Shown here piece by piece: positions 37,640 to 51,200 of a stretch of 64,000 nt of DNA. The stretch spans positions 36,704,001 to 36,768,000 of the forward strand of contig OZ365115.1 of assembly GCA_977030845.1 (NCBI GenBank), read 5' to 3'. The notes beneath the pieces were generated by a model that did no database searches, was not told where the DNA came from, and saw only the letters and a list, made by a program, of their open reading frames with translations. The stretch comes from Fimbriosthenelais zetlandica. Its lineage: Eukaryota. The translations under genes and the position numbers were made by a program. The number at the start of each line of letters is the position of its first letter. Within the stretch, counting starts at the first letter, position 1.

Positions 37640-37835
37640 TTCTGCGATACTTGCGATACTACTGCGACAAAGGTGATACTTGTGTCGCAATAGAATTAAT
37701 ATTGTGGTCCAAGTGTCCAAGGCCGTCCTCAACTGATACAATTTCATTGCGAAACAAACATCATCTTTGTCGCAGTAGAGTCGCAAAGCCTTGGACACTT
37801 CGACCATAATTCATGATTTATTGCGACATAAGCAT
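37640..37835. repeat. Complex inverted-repeat element
   Basis: Segment 37659-37690 is inverted at 37747-37778, and 37679-37723 is inverted at 37788-37832. Confidence 0.75.
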
Positions 37836-37854
37836 AACTATTGTCGTTTCTCAT

Positions 37855-38002
37855 TGTTTCTCATTGCAGTTTTCTTGCTGCAATGGAAGTTAATGCTATA
37901 ATAGGCCAGCTCCACTTGGCTTTTCACTGCTTACAACTGCTACGGTTGTTACACGAAGATAATTGCAATGTAAAGTTGCAAGAATCCCAAGGCAAAAGTC
38001 AC
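37855..38002 (-). mobile_element. Inverted copy of the MITE at 35361-35565
   Basis: Both ends match the 35.4 kb element in reverse orientation. Confidence 0.65.
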
Positions 38003-38514
38003 TAGTGTATCCAACCACTTACCAGTAGAGGTGGTTGTTAGCAAAGAACATGTGTTCAAAAAATGTATTAAAAAATCAACATAAATAGCCGTGGATGTTT
38101 ATGAGGAGGGGAGGACTCGGTCGTTGGTTTATACAAGCGGGAGGAGGGCTAATGGTTAAAGTCTCTCACTGGGGAGACTTTTTATACCACGTGAAAGCAA
38201 ACAAGCCTACCAGGAGGCTTCATATTTGTATGTATAAATATAGTATGAGAAAATATTACACTCTCTAGTTTTTGTTGGGATGTTCAGGTTCCTTGTCTTT
38301 CTCCTGGAGTTAGTAAATATTTTTACTGGTAAAACCTCGAGGTTATTTATATAAAACTTGTATATAGCATCTCCCAGAGCCATTCTACATTCTAGAACAT
38401 TAAATTCGTTTAACTAAAATAAAATTATTATAAACTCCACTGTTACAATACCCTAGTGTTTACACAGAGTCAGCTATTCACTTTAATTGGTCGCCTATTC
38501 TATATACAGCTGTC

Positions 38515-38735
38515 TTGACCATTGCTTCGGAGGTCGCCCTCCGCACCAAGCATATTGCAATTGGACCGAAACTAACATATAACTTTTAATAACCATCCTT
38601 GTTACAACACTATCAGCTGTTCACTTTGGTTTCCTTTCCATCAGATTGCTGCTGCAGGAGGGCGATAGCCAAAGCAATGGTCAATATCGGGATCATTGCT
38701 TTGGCTGTCACCCTCCTCAACAAACACATTGCCTT
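38515..38735. repeat. Inverted/direct repeat element (TTGACCATTGCTT-GG--TCGCCCTCC)
   Basis: 28-bp arms 38518-38545 and 38658-38685 are inverted, with a third direct copy from about 38694. Confidence 0.7.
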
Positions 38736-40108
38736 TGGACAGTAATTTACACATTTTGAACCTGACAAATAACGCATTTTACTCATGATTGCATAGACTA
38801 GATTAGCTAAAGATGAGTTGGCACTCTGATATCAATATCAGACTCCTATGTTAAGACTATAGGAAGTCAGTACCAAAGGTATAAAATATACAATAAAATA
38901 TAGAAGGGAATGGTCATTACCAACTGAGTCATCAATGTGGTTTCATAAACAGTCAACATTGACTAAGCCACTTACAGCTCGTGGCTTGTGGCTGGTCTAA
39001 TTGAGTGGACTTGTTTATAATTGAGTGGACTTGTTTATAATTGAGTGTCAGTGATCGAGGCTTGTGGAGGACCACACGGTATTGTTGACAGTCGGGGACA
39101 TGTTAATCAGACCTGAACCAGTCTAGTGGCGGGTGGAGGAGGTGTGTGTATTCCTCTCACCTCTCCCTCCTCCTCCTCCTCCTCTCCCCACTCAGTATAT
39201 ATACCCACACACCTTACCTGGCTGACCAGCGGTCTCTCATCACCCCTCACCCCTCATTAAGGTGTCATTATCTGTATTAGTGTGTGTAGGAGGGCGGTGG
39301 CCGGGGGTGGCGTTAATAAAGCATTATAACTCACCTGTATCTGATGTTATAATCACACGGCGTCTCTAGATCTCACACAAGGAAGCGGGGTGCAAGGTAA
39401 GACGGGAGGGGGCGTGGTCTAACTCAGACCACGTGACGGGGGCTGGAGGTGATTGGCAGGTGTCGCAGGTGCGTCAGGGGTGGTGGAGAGGTGGATGGAT
39501 CAAGTCAGGTGTGATTAGGTTACGTAACACTAGGCTTGGACGACTGGGTCCGGGCGTCGAGACAAGCTTGTTGACTTACTTTTACAATTGACAACTATAA
39601 TTGCTGGACTCCTTCTTTACGGTACCTCACTAATTGTTGTATTACTGGTGGTGGATTAACTCAGGTGTGATTAGGCCATTCATAAGTTACGTAACATTCG
39701 ATTTCGATCCGGGCATAGGGACAAGCTTGTTGGCATACTTTTACAATAGGCATTTTACAGAAGTACACATACATACTACATACACACACGCACATTTCTC
39801 ACAGCTTAGGATTTATACCACGATTTTGATGGATATATCACATTTTGGCTGCTACAATCTATATCAACTTACGCGTGAACATCTCCTGATTCTGTGGGTA
39901 TAGACATTTTTCTCCAACAAACACCGTTTTCCATGTTTTTCTACAATATCTGATTTGATTTTGATGAACACTGAATGAAAATGAGTGGGAAGGATAATTG
40001 CCTGGACGAGAAGCTCTATCAATTACCTGAGGGATTAGACAATGCTAGAGGATTACCCCCTCTCAATGCGAAGGCTTCAGTCAAGCTTGATACCTCCCAG
40101 CTGACTAT

Positions 40109-40351
40109 ATGAAAAGCCTACAGGGAGGTGAGGTCAATAACCAGGACGATACATCCAGTACATCTGATTTAGCAACCAGCCTTAATTTTGCCTTTGGCCA
40201 AATTGAAGAACTCATAAAACATCACAGTACACAGTGTGATACCATTAACAATTTGTGTGAAAATTTGGATAAGCTATTAACGGCGAACAACCATCTTTCC
40301 GAGCAGAACAAGGAACTGGAAGATTATTGTCTGAGTATAGACCTGAGATAG
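40109..40351 (+). mobile_element. Possible degraded LINE ORF1 (coiled-coil) fragment
   Basis: The 80-aa ORF ends in heptad-like NLDKLLTANNHLSEQNKELEDYCLSIDLR, reminiscent of LINE ORF1 coiled coils. This is resemblance only, with no RT or endonuclease seen. Confidence 0.25.
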
Positions 40352-40354
40352 GGT

Positions 40355-40550
40355 TGCAATTCATTTGCCTCTCTAAATGCTGGAGTATTCGATGGTGTCT
40401 CTAATTGCTAGAGTACTCATTTGCCTCTAATTTCTCGAGTACTCATTGGCCTCTTTAATTGCTCCAGAACACGTTTGCCTCTTAAATTGCTTTATTCTCA
40501 TTTGCCTCTCTAATTACTAGAGTACTCAATGGCCTCTCCAATTGCTCGTT
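40355..40550. repeat. About 29-bp degenerate minisatellite (GAGTACTCATTTGCCTCTCTAATTGCTA)
   Basis: Six to seven diverged tandem units. Confidence 0.8.
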
Positions 40551-40660
40551 GCATTTATTAATATTGTAAGCATTTCTACGACTCTCTGTCCTGAATAACT
40601 ACAATTGTTTAATAAATAAAATGATAATGAAAACAAAAGTTGAGCTTTCGCTATTTCAAT

Positions 40661-40666
40661 TTTATT
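40661..40666 (-). terminator. Candidate TnI polyadenylation signal
   Basis: AATAAA on the minus strand followed by U-rich sequence (CTTTTGTTTTCATTATCATTT), about 1.5 kb past the TnI stop codon. Confidence 0.4.
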
Positions 40667-42143
40667 TACGAGATGCACTTTTTTACCATTATACAGACAC
40701 TGTACCCAATCATGGAATCACGAAACAAGAAATGATGACAAAAAAATAGAGAAAAATAATGAAATTACCCCGTAACGAAAACACACATGATTCACTCATA
40801 CACGTCCGCCACCCTCACCTCTCACACATCACGAGATGTCCCACGTGCTCATCATGTGACATCAATATTACAGTCAGTACATGCTAGATGCTGTCAGGAG
40901 GTACTGCTACTACAGTCATACCTCCTACACTCCCCCCAGACCCCCCGCTTATACACTATATATGATCCTCTATTAAACAAATACTGATTATAAATCATTA
41001 ATGATCAATCGTGTATCAATGTATATTGGTTTTATGTCACGGTAGCACATTCTATTATAACTCCCCATCATAAAGCGATCATAAATCAGTGTATATATAT
41101 ATCCGTCAATAATGCCAGCCTGGCTAAAATATCAATTATTAAAATCTCTGCGTTCCTCATGGAACAGAAGCAGCTAGAATGATTATCTGGTTTAACTACA
41201 GTCACGTGGTACTCAGTATTGTTATATTTCAATGTTGTAATAATATGATTTGATAATATATGAAGATACCCTAGTATATAATAAAGTAGGTCATGGTTGG
41301 GTATTCAGGTCAATTAAGGTCAACTTCTCCCTCAAGGTCAGGTGAAGGTCATGACCTTTGACCTTGGATGCGGAGACTTGCCTGTATTTGTGAACACCCA
41401 GTCCTGCTGGAGGCTGACCTTGACTTCACTCAGCCACTGAGGACAAAACCTGCTCCCGAGTCACTCAAGAGCAAGCCTTGCCTCACAGATCTTAGATAAA
41501 CCTAATATCTTGATCGTTATGTATAAAATATATGTTGTTAAAATCAGCACAGTTGTTTTAGTTCATGTCAGTCCGACCTTGGGTCGTTAAAACCCGCGGT
41601 TGACCTTGACATGACGTAATAACCTTGATTCGGGGGCCGTTTTTAATCTTACTTTGGGCCTAGAAACATCATGGTATATGGATTTTACTAAAATTTTCCT
41701 GCTTTTAGGAAATCTGACCAGTGGCAATTCCATCAGGTCATCAAAGCGGTTAAAATCAAAGGTGACAAGCGTCCCTTCCGTCGGCCATTTTGGATAATGC
41801 CCCGTGTGATAATAGTCCATGTCCCAGCCTGTGTTCTGGACATTGTATTGTTCTATCTTACATTGTTCTTCACACTGTGTCGAACCAGCAGTTGTTGCCA
41901 TGGATTCCTTGTTATTTAGAACGAAAGCCACTGCGTTGCCATAGTCAAGGAGATGGTGACATCCCGTAACAACAAAAGATGGACGCCACAGCCAAGGGAC
42001 GTTAGTTTCGTATTTTATGGGCGATTCTTTAACAATGACTTTGCAGGTCAAATGGGAGTAGTTTAGCAGAGGATGTAAAAGACCGGGTCTGAACCGGTAT
42101 AAACCGGTCAGAACCGGCTCAGGGAGGTGACGTGAGCAATCAT

Positions 42144-42266
42144 TTACTCCTCCTCTTCCTCCTCCTCTTCCTCCTCCTCTGCCTCCCCTTCCTCTTCTCC
42201 TTCCTCGTCTTTTTCTCCCTCTTTATGTTTCAGGGCGTCCTGTCCCCAGTCTGGTTTCTTGGGGCC
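42144..42266 (-). CDS. TnI: TnI last coding exon (GPKKPDWGQDALK...E11*)
   Basis: ttgttttcag acceptor, 123 nt, TAA at 42146-42144. KPDW motif and poly-Glu tail. Confidence 0.93.
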   Translation of the reverse strand, partial: GPKKPDWGQDALKHKEGEKDEEGEEEGEAEEEEEEEEEEE

Positions 42267-45200
42267 CTGAAAACAAAATTACAAAATTCATAAATCACTT
42301 CATCTCATCTCATCAAACATTTTCTGGCAAAAACAATCGCGAAAAACAATATGATTGGTTAAAAGCCACACTGTTCATTCTGTAAACTGTATAAATCAAA
42401 TTAGACTTGAGCAATTTACGATAATTGTAACCTAGCAATTTTGATTATCCAGACTCCCAAACATGATGTAAAAAACGACTATTACGCCCTATATGTGGTA
42501 TACAAGAGAGACTTTAACCATTAGGACCTACACAATAACAGAAACATAATGTTTTCAAATAAAGATAAAATTAAGTTGAAATTTAAATAAAATGTGACGT
42601 ACCTTATCCTCCTCCTCCAGCGCGAACTTGTCTTTGCCAGTTGACTTGAGTTGGTCGCGGAAGCCAAGTTTGGACTTGAGAGACTTCTTATCAAACTTGG
42701 CCAGTCTGGGAGACAATAGTGCAGGTGGTAATGATAATATAGTGACACAACCAAAACAAAGAGAACCCAAAGATCTCAGCAATGGCGGATAACCGGAATA
42801 ATTATAATACATGGGCATAGATGGCGGATAACCGGAATAATGATACATGGGCATAGATGGTGGATAACCGGAATAATGATACATGGGAATCCAGTCAATT
42901 AAACAATAAGTGTTGCGTTATGCATCAATTTTGAACCAAAGAAATCTGGGACTGTACATGTCATCAATAATGGAATTTTGAGGCGGGAGTGAATTCAAAT
43001 ATAGGGAATATGTCTTGCCATATAGGGCCTATAAAGCAATTTAGAACCTGTAGGAGGTGTCTGTATGAGCAAATAGGTATCTCTCATCATATATAGTGAA
43101 TTTTGGGCCCAAGAACTATTCAAAAAAACATTTGGACCCCTTCGTCCTGAATTAGTGGATCCGCCACTGCTAGGTATGCTGGAGAGGTTTTGGGTCAAAG
43201 ACATGAATAACTATTCTACAGGAAACCTGCCTTGGCCTATTATAGGACTGTCAGATGAACAATCTGAATATGCTAAACATGTTTTAGATCAATATCAATG
43301 ATATACTGTACAGAAAACAGATCTAAAATCTATTAAAAAAACACACTTTTCACTCGTGAATTTAAAACTGTATAGGCCAAAACAAATATTCTCTTAGCCA
43401 ACTAGACAATGGGTAAATAACAATGATTAATTAATAATAGACATTAACAACAATTAGAAACAATGATAACGATTATTATACAATCCAACATATGTACCTA
43501 CCCGACCTGCCCGTATGGTATGTAGGTATATTTGGATGGCGATCTTATAAACACTAAGACTTATCAGCTACTGTTTAGAAACTTTGGTGAAACTGGCTTA
43601 AGGTTAATGGTCAAGAATTATTATAAATATCCTGTTAATATTTGTGTATAATATAGGTTAATATTCTTATCGTATATCACGGAGATATGTGGGCATTTAG
43701 ATACGAAACTAACGTTAGATACGAAACTACGTTAAATCTGGACCATGGAGACTTGGCGCTTGGAGTAACTTATGTGTGCAAGGATCAAAAAGGACATTGA
43801 TGGAAAGAAAATGAGGTTCACTTGTCAATATATTTGTTTTGGGGAGAAATAAATTATGCAAAAGTGACTTTGGTTTTGCCAAACTTCTGCCATCTGCAAT
43901 AAGGAAAATAAGAAATTGCTGCAAATTCCATCAGTTCTGGTTTCCATTTAGTTTCGTATTAAATTGGTTGAAAAATCTGAGAATTTATGTTTTTAATCGT
44001 TAAGAAGGTACCCCCTGTTAATTAGACATAAATCTTTTGATGATTATTAATGTCATTAGACTATGAATTTTTCTAATTAATTATAGAAAAGTAAAGAATT
44101 AAAGAACGCCACAAACCATATTATTAGTTATCATGTTTGACCATATTATAATGACCTTGACACTGCTAGCAATAAAAGCATTGTATAGAGGAGAGAAGGG
44201 GAGAGAGAGTGACAGGGAGACAGAGAGAGGGGGCAGGGAGACAGACAAAGAGGGGGAGGCAGAGTGGGAGATAGAAAGTGTGAGAATGAAAGGAGAGACG
44301 AAGAGGGAGTTTGCAGGAGAGAATTGGAAGGTAAAAGAGAGGTAGATGGAGACAGAGTGAGATAGAGAAAGTGTGAAAGAGGTAGATGTATAGACGAGGA
44401 AAGAGAGGGAGTGAGACAGAGACAGGGATAGAGATAGAGATGAAGATAGAGGGCAGATGAGAGGGTAAAGGTTGAACCCTGATTGTCTGGTATACGTACT
44501 TGCTCTCAGTCTTGGAGACCTTCTTGAGTACAGGCTTAGCGCTGAAAAACAAGGACAAAACTTGAAAATATGTTTCAACTGGAATAATATAAAAGAGGAC
44601 AGAAAATGATCAAATCTCTCTACTAGAAGTCTATATCCTTTCAAGGAAGAAATCTCAGGAAACAGCTTCATTTTATTTAAATGTCGATGTATTTACTGAT
44701 AAAACGAATGAGTGTACTTACAACTTGCCCTTGATGTCGTTGACCTTGATGGTGAGCTCGTTCACCTAGCAAAATCAGATGATGAAAAATTAATAAAATG
44801 TTTATAATAAAATAATAATGTTAACTCATTTTTTACATTTCCTGTCATTCTAGTAAAGTCTATAGTGATATCTTCAATTCTTCAAAGCAGTGTACGACGA
44901 TCTTACTTGTAAACTACTCGTATTTGATACAACTTGTTGTAAATATTCTGATCTCATTACGTATAATGACAATATAGCATTAACATTCTGTTTATACAAC
45001 AGTAATCAGGAATATAAAAGAGTAAAATATCATTTGAAGTGTTATATAAGGGTGTGAGGTGACATGCTTAATATTTTATGTTAGTTTTGGCCAATAGCTA
45101 TAGACGCCTGAGCGAGCGCCAATCAGCAACCTCCAAACATGCACGTGACTCCCCACGTGACTGCCACGTGGTGCCCCATGCAGCATGGCTGGCGTGAGGC

Positions 45201-48200
45201 CAGACTTCAGGCAGAAGACATGTCCACGGTGACAAGATGGAGGCAGTGCAAACAAATATATCCTCAAAGATAAATCAATTATTGTAAATTTATCTTGATG
45301 ATTTTTTATCAGCAGAATTTACCTGGGAGGGCGACTGGTTGAAAATGCTCCAACACAATGATGAGCATCTTAAAGTACTTTAAACATGAAGCTTCTTTAA
45401 GGATTTAAGTGGAATATTTAGTAGATCAGCAGCCACAGTATGCAGGCGCCAGTAAAAGGACAGATCTTTATAGCTTTAAGTTCTGGATGTGAGACATCGT
45501 GCATTTGTGAAAAATCTGCTCAGAAGGAAGATCGATGTGTTAAAGAAACGATGAGTGAGCATGTCGATGACCTTGAGAAGGTCACGGCCGAATGTGGCCT
45601 GGTTAATACGTCATCTAAGCTCAATATATCATCAAAGCTTCAAATCACTAATGATAATTAACACCTACTATAGTAAGCAGAAACAAGCTGAATAGATGAA
45701 CACAGTAACAGGCCGGAAACAACGAGCGGCTGCTGGTAACATTGAAGTCTCATTATTTGTCGACGATGCCAAACTTGTGAGTTTAACAGCTATATTATTA
45801 TTATTAATCTACTAACAACTTGTTTATAACGTAAATGAATCTATATAGAAAATCTAATATTTATCCTAATAACTGACTAAATGTAAATTTGACCAACTCT
45901 ACAGTAACTGTGCACATAATACTGAACGTTAAATACTAAAAGAACATCAAAATTCCCACCGGTGTCTGGCTCAATATCACTTGTCTTTTTTGTTATAATT
46001 AATGTATATTTTTGATAATGTTTTGAATGGTTGGAAGCAGAACTACTGACTGGGCACCCAATTAGGTCAATACTCGAACTAACGACCACTAAATCTCTCC
46101 CTGACGATCTAAATATCTAGCCTGTTCCACTGAGCCTATTCTATTGTACTTTCTATTCATCCTTCTAATCTAAAAGTAATATTTTTCAGCTCTATATTGC
46201 TCTTCATAAGTCTAATTTGTATAAGTTTTCTATGTCATCACCTAGGTTAATGAGATGCCATGACAATTCAGTGACAGACTTTTGAGTCAGGTAATTCTAA
46301 ACATCTCTTTGAAAGTACAACACAAGAACTTTGACAAAAACAGAAAATTTTGACCATGGAACATTTCAGACATCCATGATACATAGACAAGAAAAGCAAT
46401 GAATTTAGAGGAGCAGATATGACAGGCAGATGTGCACAGACATAGACACTGACTGGATCAAGGACATTGTCAAGGTCAAATCAAGGTTGAATTACTGTGT
46501 AATTGTTTCTTCTAGAAGAAACTAGTGTCAATGTTTCCCCACATACGTATTCATGTCTTTCTAGGTTAAATTAATGTGGAAAATTAGTGTAACACCTTTT
46601 AGAGGTGTGTAAAAGCTAAGTATCTAGTGTAACACCTTGTGATAGGTGTGAGAAGCTGTGTAACACCTCTTGTAGGCGTGAAAAGGCTTTGAAATAATCT
46701 CAGGCGTGTATGAAGTGAAAGAATAAGTGTCATAGAGTAAAGATATAAGGGCAGTGGGGTGTTTTTTGAATGGAGAAAAAGCAAAATATCATCCAAGGAT
46801 AATGCTTTCTCACAGTCAGACAGACGTGCCAGGTTTACAAAGCAGCAAAAAACAAAGCCCTTCAAGTCTCATCGTCAAGACTTCACAGATGAAGACAGAC
46901 ATCCAGCAGTGTGGTCACTCAGTTGGTATATCTTGATTCTGATTCTGCAATCATGACATCCACACCAGCCATTTTGTTTCATCACAAAGCCAGAAAAAGC
47001 TATTGCAAAATCTCCTCATACATGGTTGGATGTCCGGAATAGACGGCCTTGGTGAGGGACGCACTGAGCAAGCAGTAAACCAGCCTACCTACCTTACCTC
47101 ACATACTTATATTACAAGCTAAGTCAGAGTGAGGGGCGCTGTCCCCAGCACCGAACTACAATGATGAAGCTTCAGCTTCAGCTTCCAGATTCTACTCCTT
47201 GCCTGTGTTCTATCCAACCACAAAGATTCCTTTGTGGGGTCAACGCGTAAAACAACAACTACCAGTACTAGGAAAAGTATAACAGTTGGTATAGACACAG
47301 GCGTCAGAGAGCGACAGACAAGGATCAGTGAAATCAGGCGCCAGGTCCCCGTGGTTATATTTTTTGAGATGTTTTTTTTATTTTTTTTCTCTACCTCGTA
47401 TTCCTGTCGTCTGATCTTCACTTCCCAGTCATATTTCTCCTCTTCTAAACGGCAGACCATGTCGTACATCTCTTTCACCTTACGCTCCAGATCGGCTGAA
47501 TTCATGGATATAACAACGGCCAAAAGACAGTTAGTCAACGTCTGGTACAATTACAGACAACAAAGGTGGTGAAATGACAACGAGGAGAAGGGAGAAATGA
47601 AGAGATTATAACATAGTGGGGCGTGGAGAGAAACAAAAAATACAAAACAAAAGTAAATCAGTCAACAACTGGTGAATGAAAAGGTGAACAGGTCAATCAG
47701 GGTCCACTTCCGGTCGTCAAGGACGCTGCAAGGTCAAGGTCGCTGCCTCGGCTTCCCATTGGTTGATTTCAATCACGTGTGTATCCATCTTGTGAGGGGA
47801 TGAGAGGGTTTGTAGTTAGACTGGAGGGACCTAGGGGGCGGGGAGGTTTGCAAAACAAAAAAGAGGGAGAAACCAATGAGTAGAGTATGTTTTTCGAACC
47901 TCAGCCTCCTGGGCCCTCATTTTCACCTCCACGTCGTACCTCTGCTCCTCCAGCTTCACGTAACAGTTGTACAGCTCCTTGACCTTCTTCTCCAACTGGT
48001 CTGCTCATTTCAAGGTCATTCAGTTAGACATCTCATAGCAACAACAGACTGACAATTATTCTATTCAAAAACAGGTTGAGAATAGCATTGTATGTGTCTA
48101 GATTTGAATCTAGAATGTTCCATAACAGGAGGGTGTCAACCAAAGTGAGATTCATGTCGGGGTAGGTTTGAGTAAAGTATGCTCTGTAGGCTTTCACTGA

Positions 48201-51200
48201 CATCTCTGAAAAGTTTAAGAATAAAGAAATCTTAAACTAAATCTCCTGGAAATAACAACTTGTGGATGATTAAGGCTTACACAGAACATACTGTACTCAA
48301 ATAATCAACATTCAAAGTGAGGGAAAGTCAAAGTGACCTTGACAATATTCAGAGACATTGTATTGCAATACTTCAGATGTTATTTAGATCAATTGCTTTG
48401 CATCTGCAAATGGTTCAAATTGTACAAATGTGAATATCCATCGTGAATATGTCCGAGTAGGTCTAGAGATCTTTATAATTGTAGAGGTCACTTTGTAATA
48501 ACCACATCATGGGTTATGAGGCTCACAGAACATTCTAGATTATGGTACAGTGCTTTCCCTATAGCGACCACAGTTGTGACTACCAAACTGACCTCTATGA
48601 AGTAAGTGGTCGGTTTAGGGAGTATTTTAAACTTACAAGAACGATTATAGGACCATACAGCTATGGTCGGATTAAAGGGGTGGTCTGTTTTGTGGTCGGC
48701 TATGGGGGAAGCACTGTACTTCAGTCATATTCTCACCACCTTACTCATATATTCAATTAAGATAATAATAATTTAGTGACTGTCCGCAGCAACGATTGGA
48801 CGAACCAAACAGATCATATAGATATAATGCCATGCAAATTTCAAGGAGTAGCAGAGTCCAGAGAGATTCAGATTGATTCTATACGAATAAGTTCAGTGTA
48901 ATTTTAAAATGGATGTCCAGAATATCAACTGGAAAACAATGAACATGTAAGAATAGGTGGTGCATGCACAGATGTTTACCTAGGCTAATACAAGGGTCTT
49001 ATCATGGAGGTCATAGGTTTATTAATTAAATTTAACAAAAATTATAACAAAAATTAACAAGGATTATAACTGCAAGAAACTCATTCAGATAATTGTGGTT
49101 GTAAAAGTAAATCAAAATTTTAAATTGTTGTCCGATGTTTGGGGTCAATTATTTATATTATAGCCTCATAATGTGACAAATATTTCATGGTCAACTCAAG
49201 CAAGGCTAACATGGTAAAAACATTCTGAATTTTAAATAAAAATGGTCTTAAAAATCATGCACATCAAAGTTGATGGATCAAAGAAATATTTCTAACGGAA
49301 AATGCAAACTATTCTTCATAATTTACATTGTATTTTTACTTTCATATCAACTGTAGGATATTGGGCTGGTAAGTGGTTGGAGCAGGTCTGGGTTGGTAAG
49401 GTATAGGTGCTAGGGTTTAGGTTCAACACAGGGAGGTAGGTGGGGGTAGGGTGAGTTGGGAATGGGGGCAGGTTTGCCAAGTGGGTGTGGGTTGGGTGTG
49501 GGTTGGGTAGGATGGGCCAGACTTGGTAGGGGTGTAGGGTATGGGTGTACGGTGTGGGGTTAGAGGGTTGGGTAGGGTGGGCCAGACTTGGTAAGGGGTT
49601 AGGGTGTGGGGTTAGGGGCAAACTATAGGCTCACACTGTGTACATGCACCGCCTACCTTGTCCTAGGCCTGAAATTTCAAGAGGGGGGACACGGGCATCG
49701 ATAATCTTCTTCTTGGCTGCTGCCTCCTCTGCTTGCTTCTTCTTCAAGTCCTCAGCGGCTTTTTGCATAATAAGTTGCTACAAGTTGAAAGCGGGTAAGT
49801 TCTGTGTTAGTCCTGTATTTTGACGTGATATTATAACTTAATACTTGTCTCAGATGAGCAAAGAGAACTGTGGAGGGCTTAGTGGCATAATGCCAACAGC
49901 AAGGGTACAAAAATACGACAATAATTATATTAAAATAAGCATATTTTTTAAATGTTAAACATCAAATTTACTCTCGTAACATTATCAACAGTTTTCAAAT
50001 GAAAGAATTATGTCTATTTTGTATCAAATCATTATGATTCTTTTTCTTCATAACAATAAGTTCATTAAATATCTAATTAAGTGAATTAGAATAGTTGTAA
50101 ATGAAAAGAATCATGCATATATTGCTAAAACACATGCAGTAAAACAAAACTCAACCATTTGTGTGTTGAAATAGCCTCTGTAAAGCCTGGAAAAACTGCT
50201 AAAACTACAAGCCTTTTCTGTGAATAGAAATATAGTATCGGACAGCAATCGGACAGAGCCGGATAGAGAATCTGGAGTAATGTCTGGTCCCACCTTTGGT
50301 GAGGGCCTCCAGGTTTAGAGGAGGTACCCGTTGGTCCAGGTACAGCTTTCTCTCTCTCAGTTTCTCATCTTCCTCAGCTTTCAGATCAGCCATGGCTTTT
50401 TCCAGAATCACAGACTAAAAACAGGAGGAAAAAACATGCAGGAAAACCATGCCATGAACACTGGGTGCGGACTAATCTTACTGAAAAAGGGTGACGTGCG
50501 AGGGGCAGATCAACTGAGGTTCTAAAGGGGATTTTAAGACAGAAATCCTGTGATTCTTGTCTTAAAAGGTATACATTCTAAGTCATAAACCATTCATCTC
50601 AAACATTATATAGATCAACAATTTGTTTTCATTCTAAGAATGATTTTATATGACAGGAGCAGGGGGTAAAGATCCCAAGGTCATTGAAGGTCATGCAGAA
50701 ATACATCTAAAATAACTCTAAATGATCTAAAAACATGCAGACAGGAACTATTAAATAAATATCCCAACCAAATGTCATTTGGCATGGATCCAGGGGGCAC
50801 TAAAAAGCAGCTTCAAACTTCTAAATCTGATTTCAAGATGTTTCAAGAATGTTCTTACCTTGAGAAGTTTCTTCTTCTCAGGAGTGAGTCCTCCCAGACC
50901 CCTCCTCTTTCCGCCTTTTTTCTGCAAATCAAAGAATGAAACAATGATTTTTCACAGAATCAAACATTTTAAAGAACATATCTTGGCCACATTGCATGTA
51001 ATAGATGTTAGATATGCATGCAACCCATTCATGTCTGGAGCAGAGGTGGTGACCGCCATCTTGGATGACGTCATTGAATCACCATGGAAACCACCGGAAG
51101 TGTAACCTGCAGCCATTGATAAGGCGATAACTTTCAACTTTACTTCTCCACCAGACTTTATCTGACCTCAGCCTCTGATTCTAGACTGGGTACAGCCATT

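Noticed and set aside
42781-42887. 36-bp repeats superficially like CRISPR repeats
   Set aside because: Units are directly adjacent with no unique spacers, and the DNA is a eukaryotic intron. It is a simple minisatellite.
44099-44671. 190-aa and 130-aa minus-strand ORFs
   Set aside because: Only the 42-nt exon 44500-44541 is TnI. The rest is intron and CT microsatellite read-through.
47098-47202. 105-nt AG...GTAAG segment as a third TnI X-type exon
   Set aside because: Stops in all three frames and no similarity to X1 or X2.
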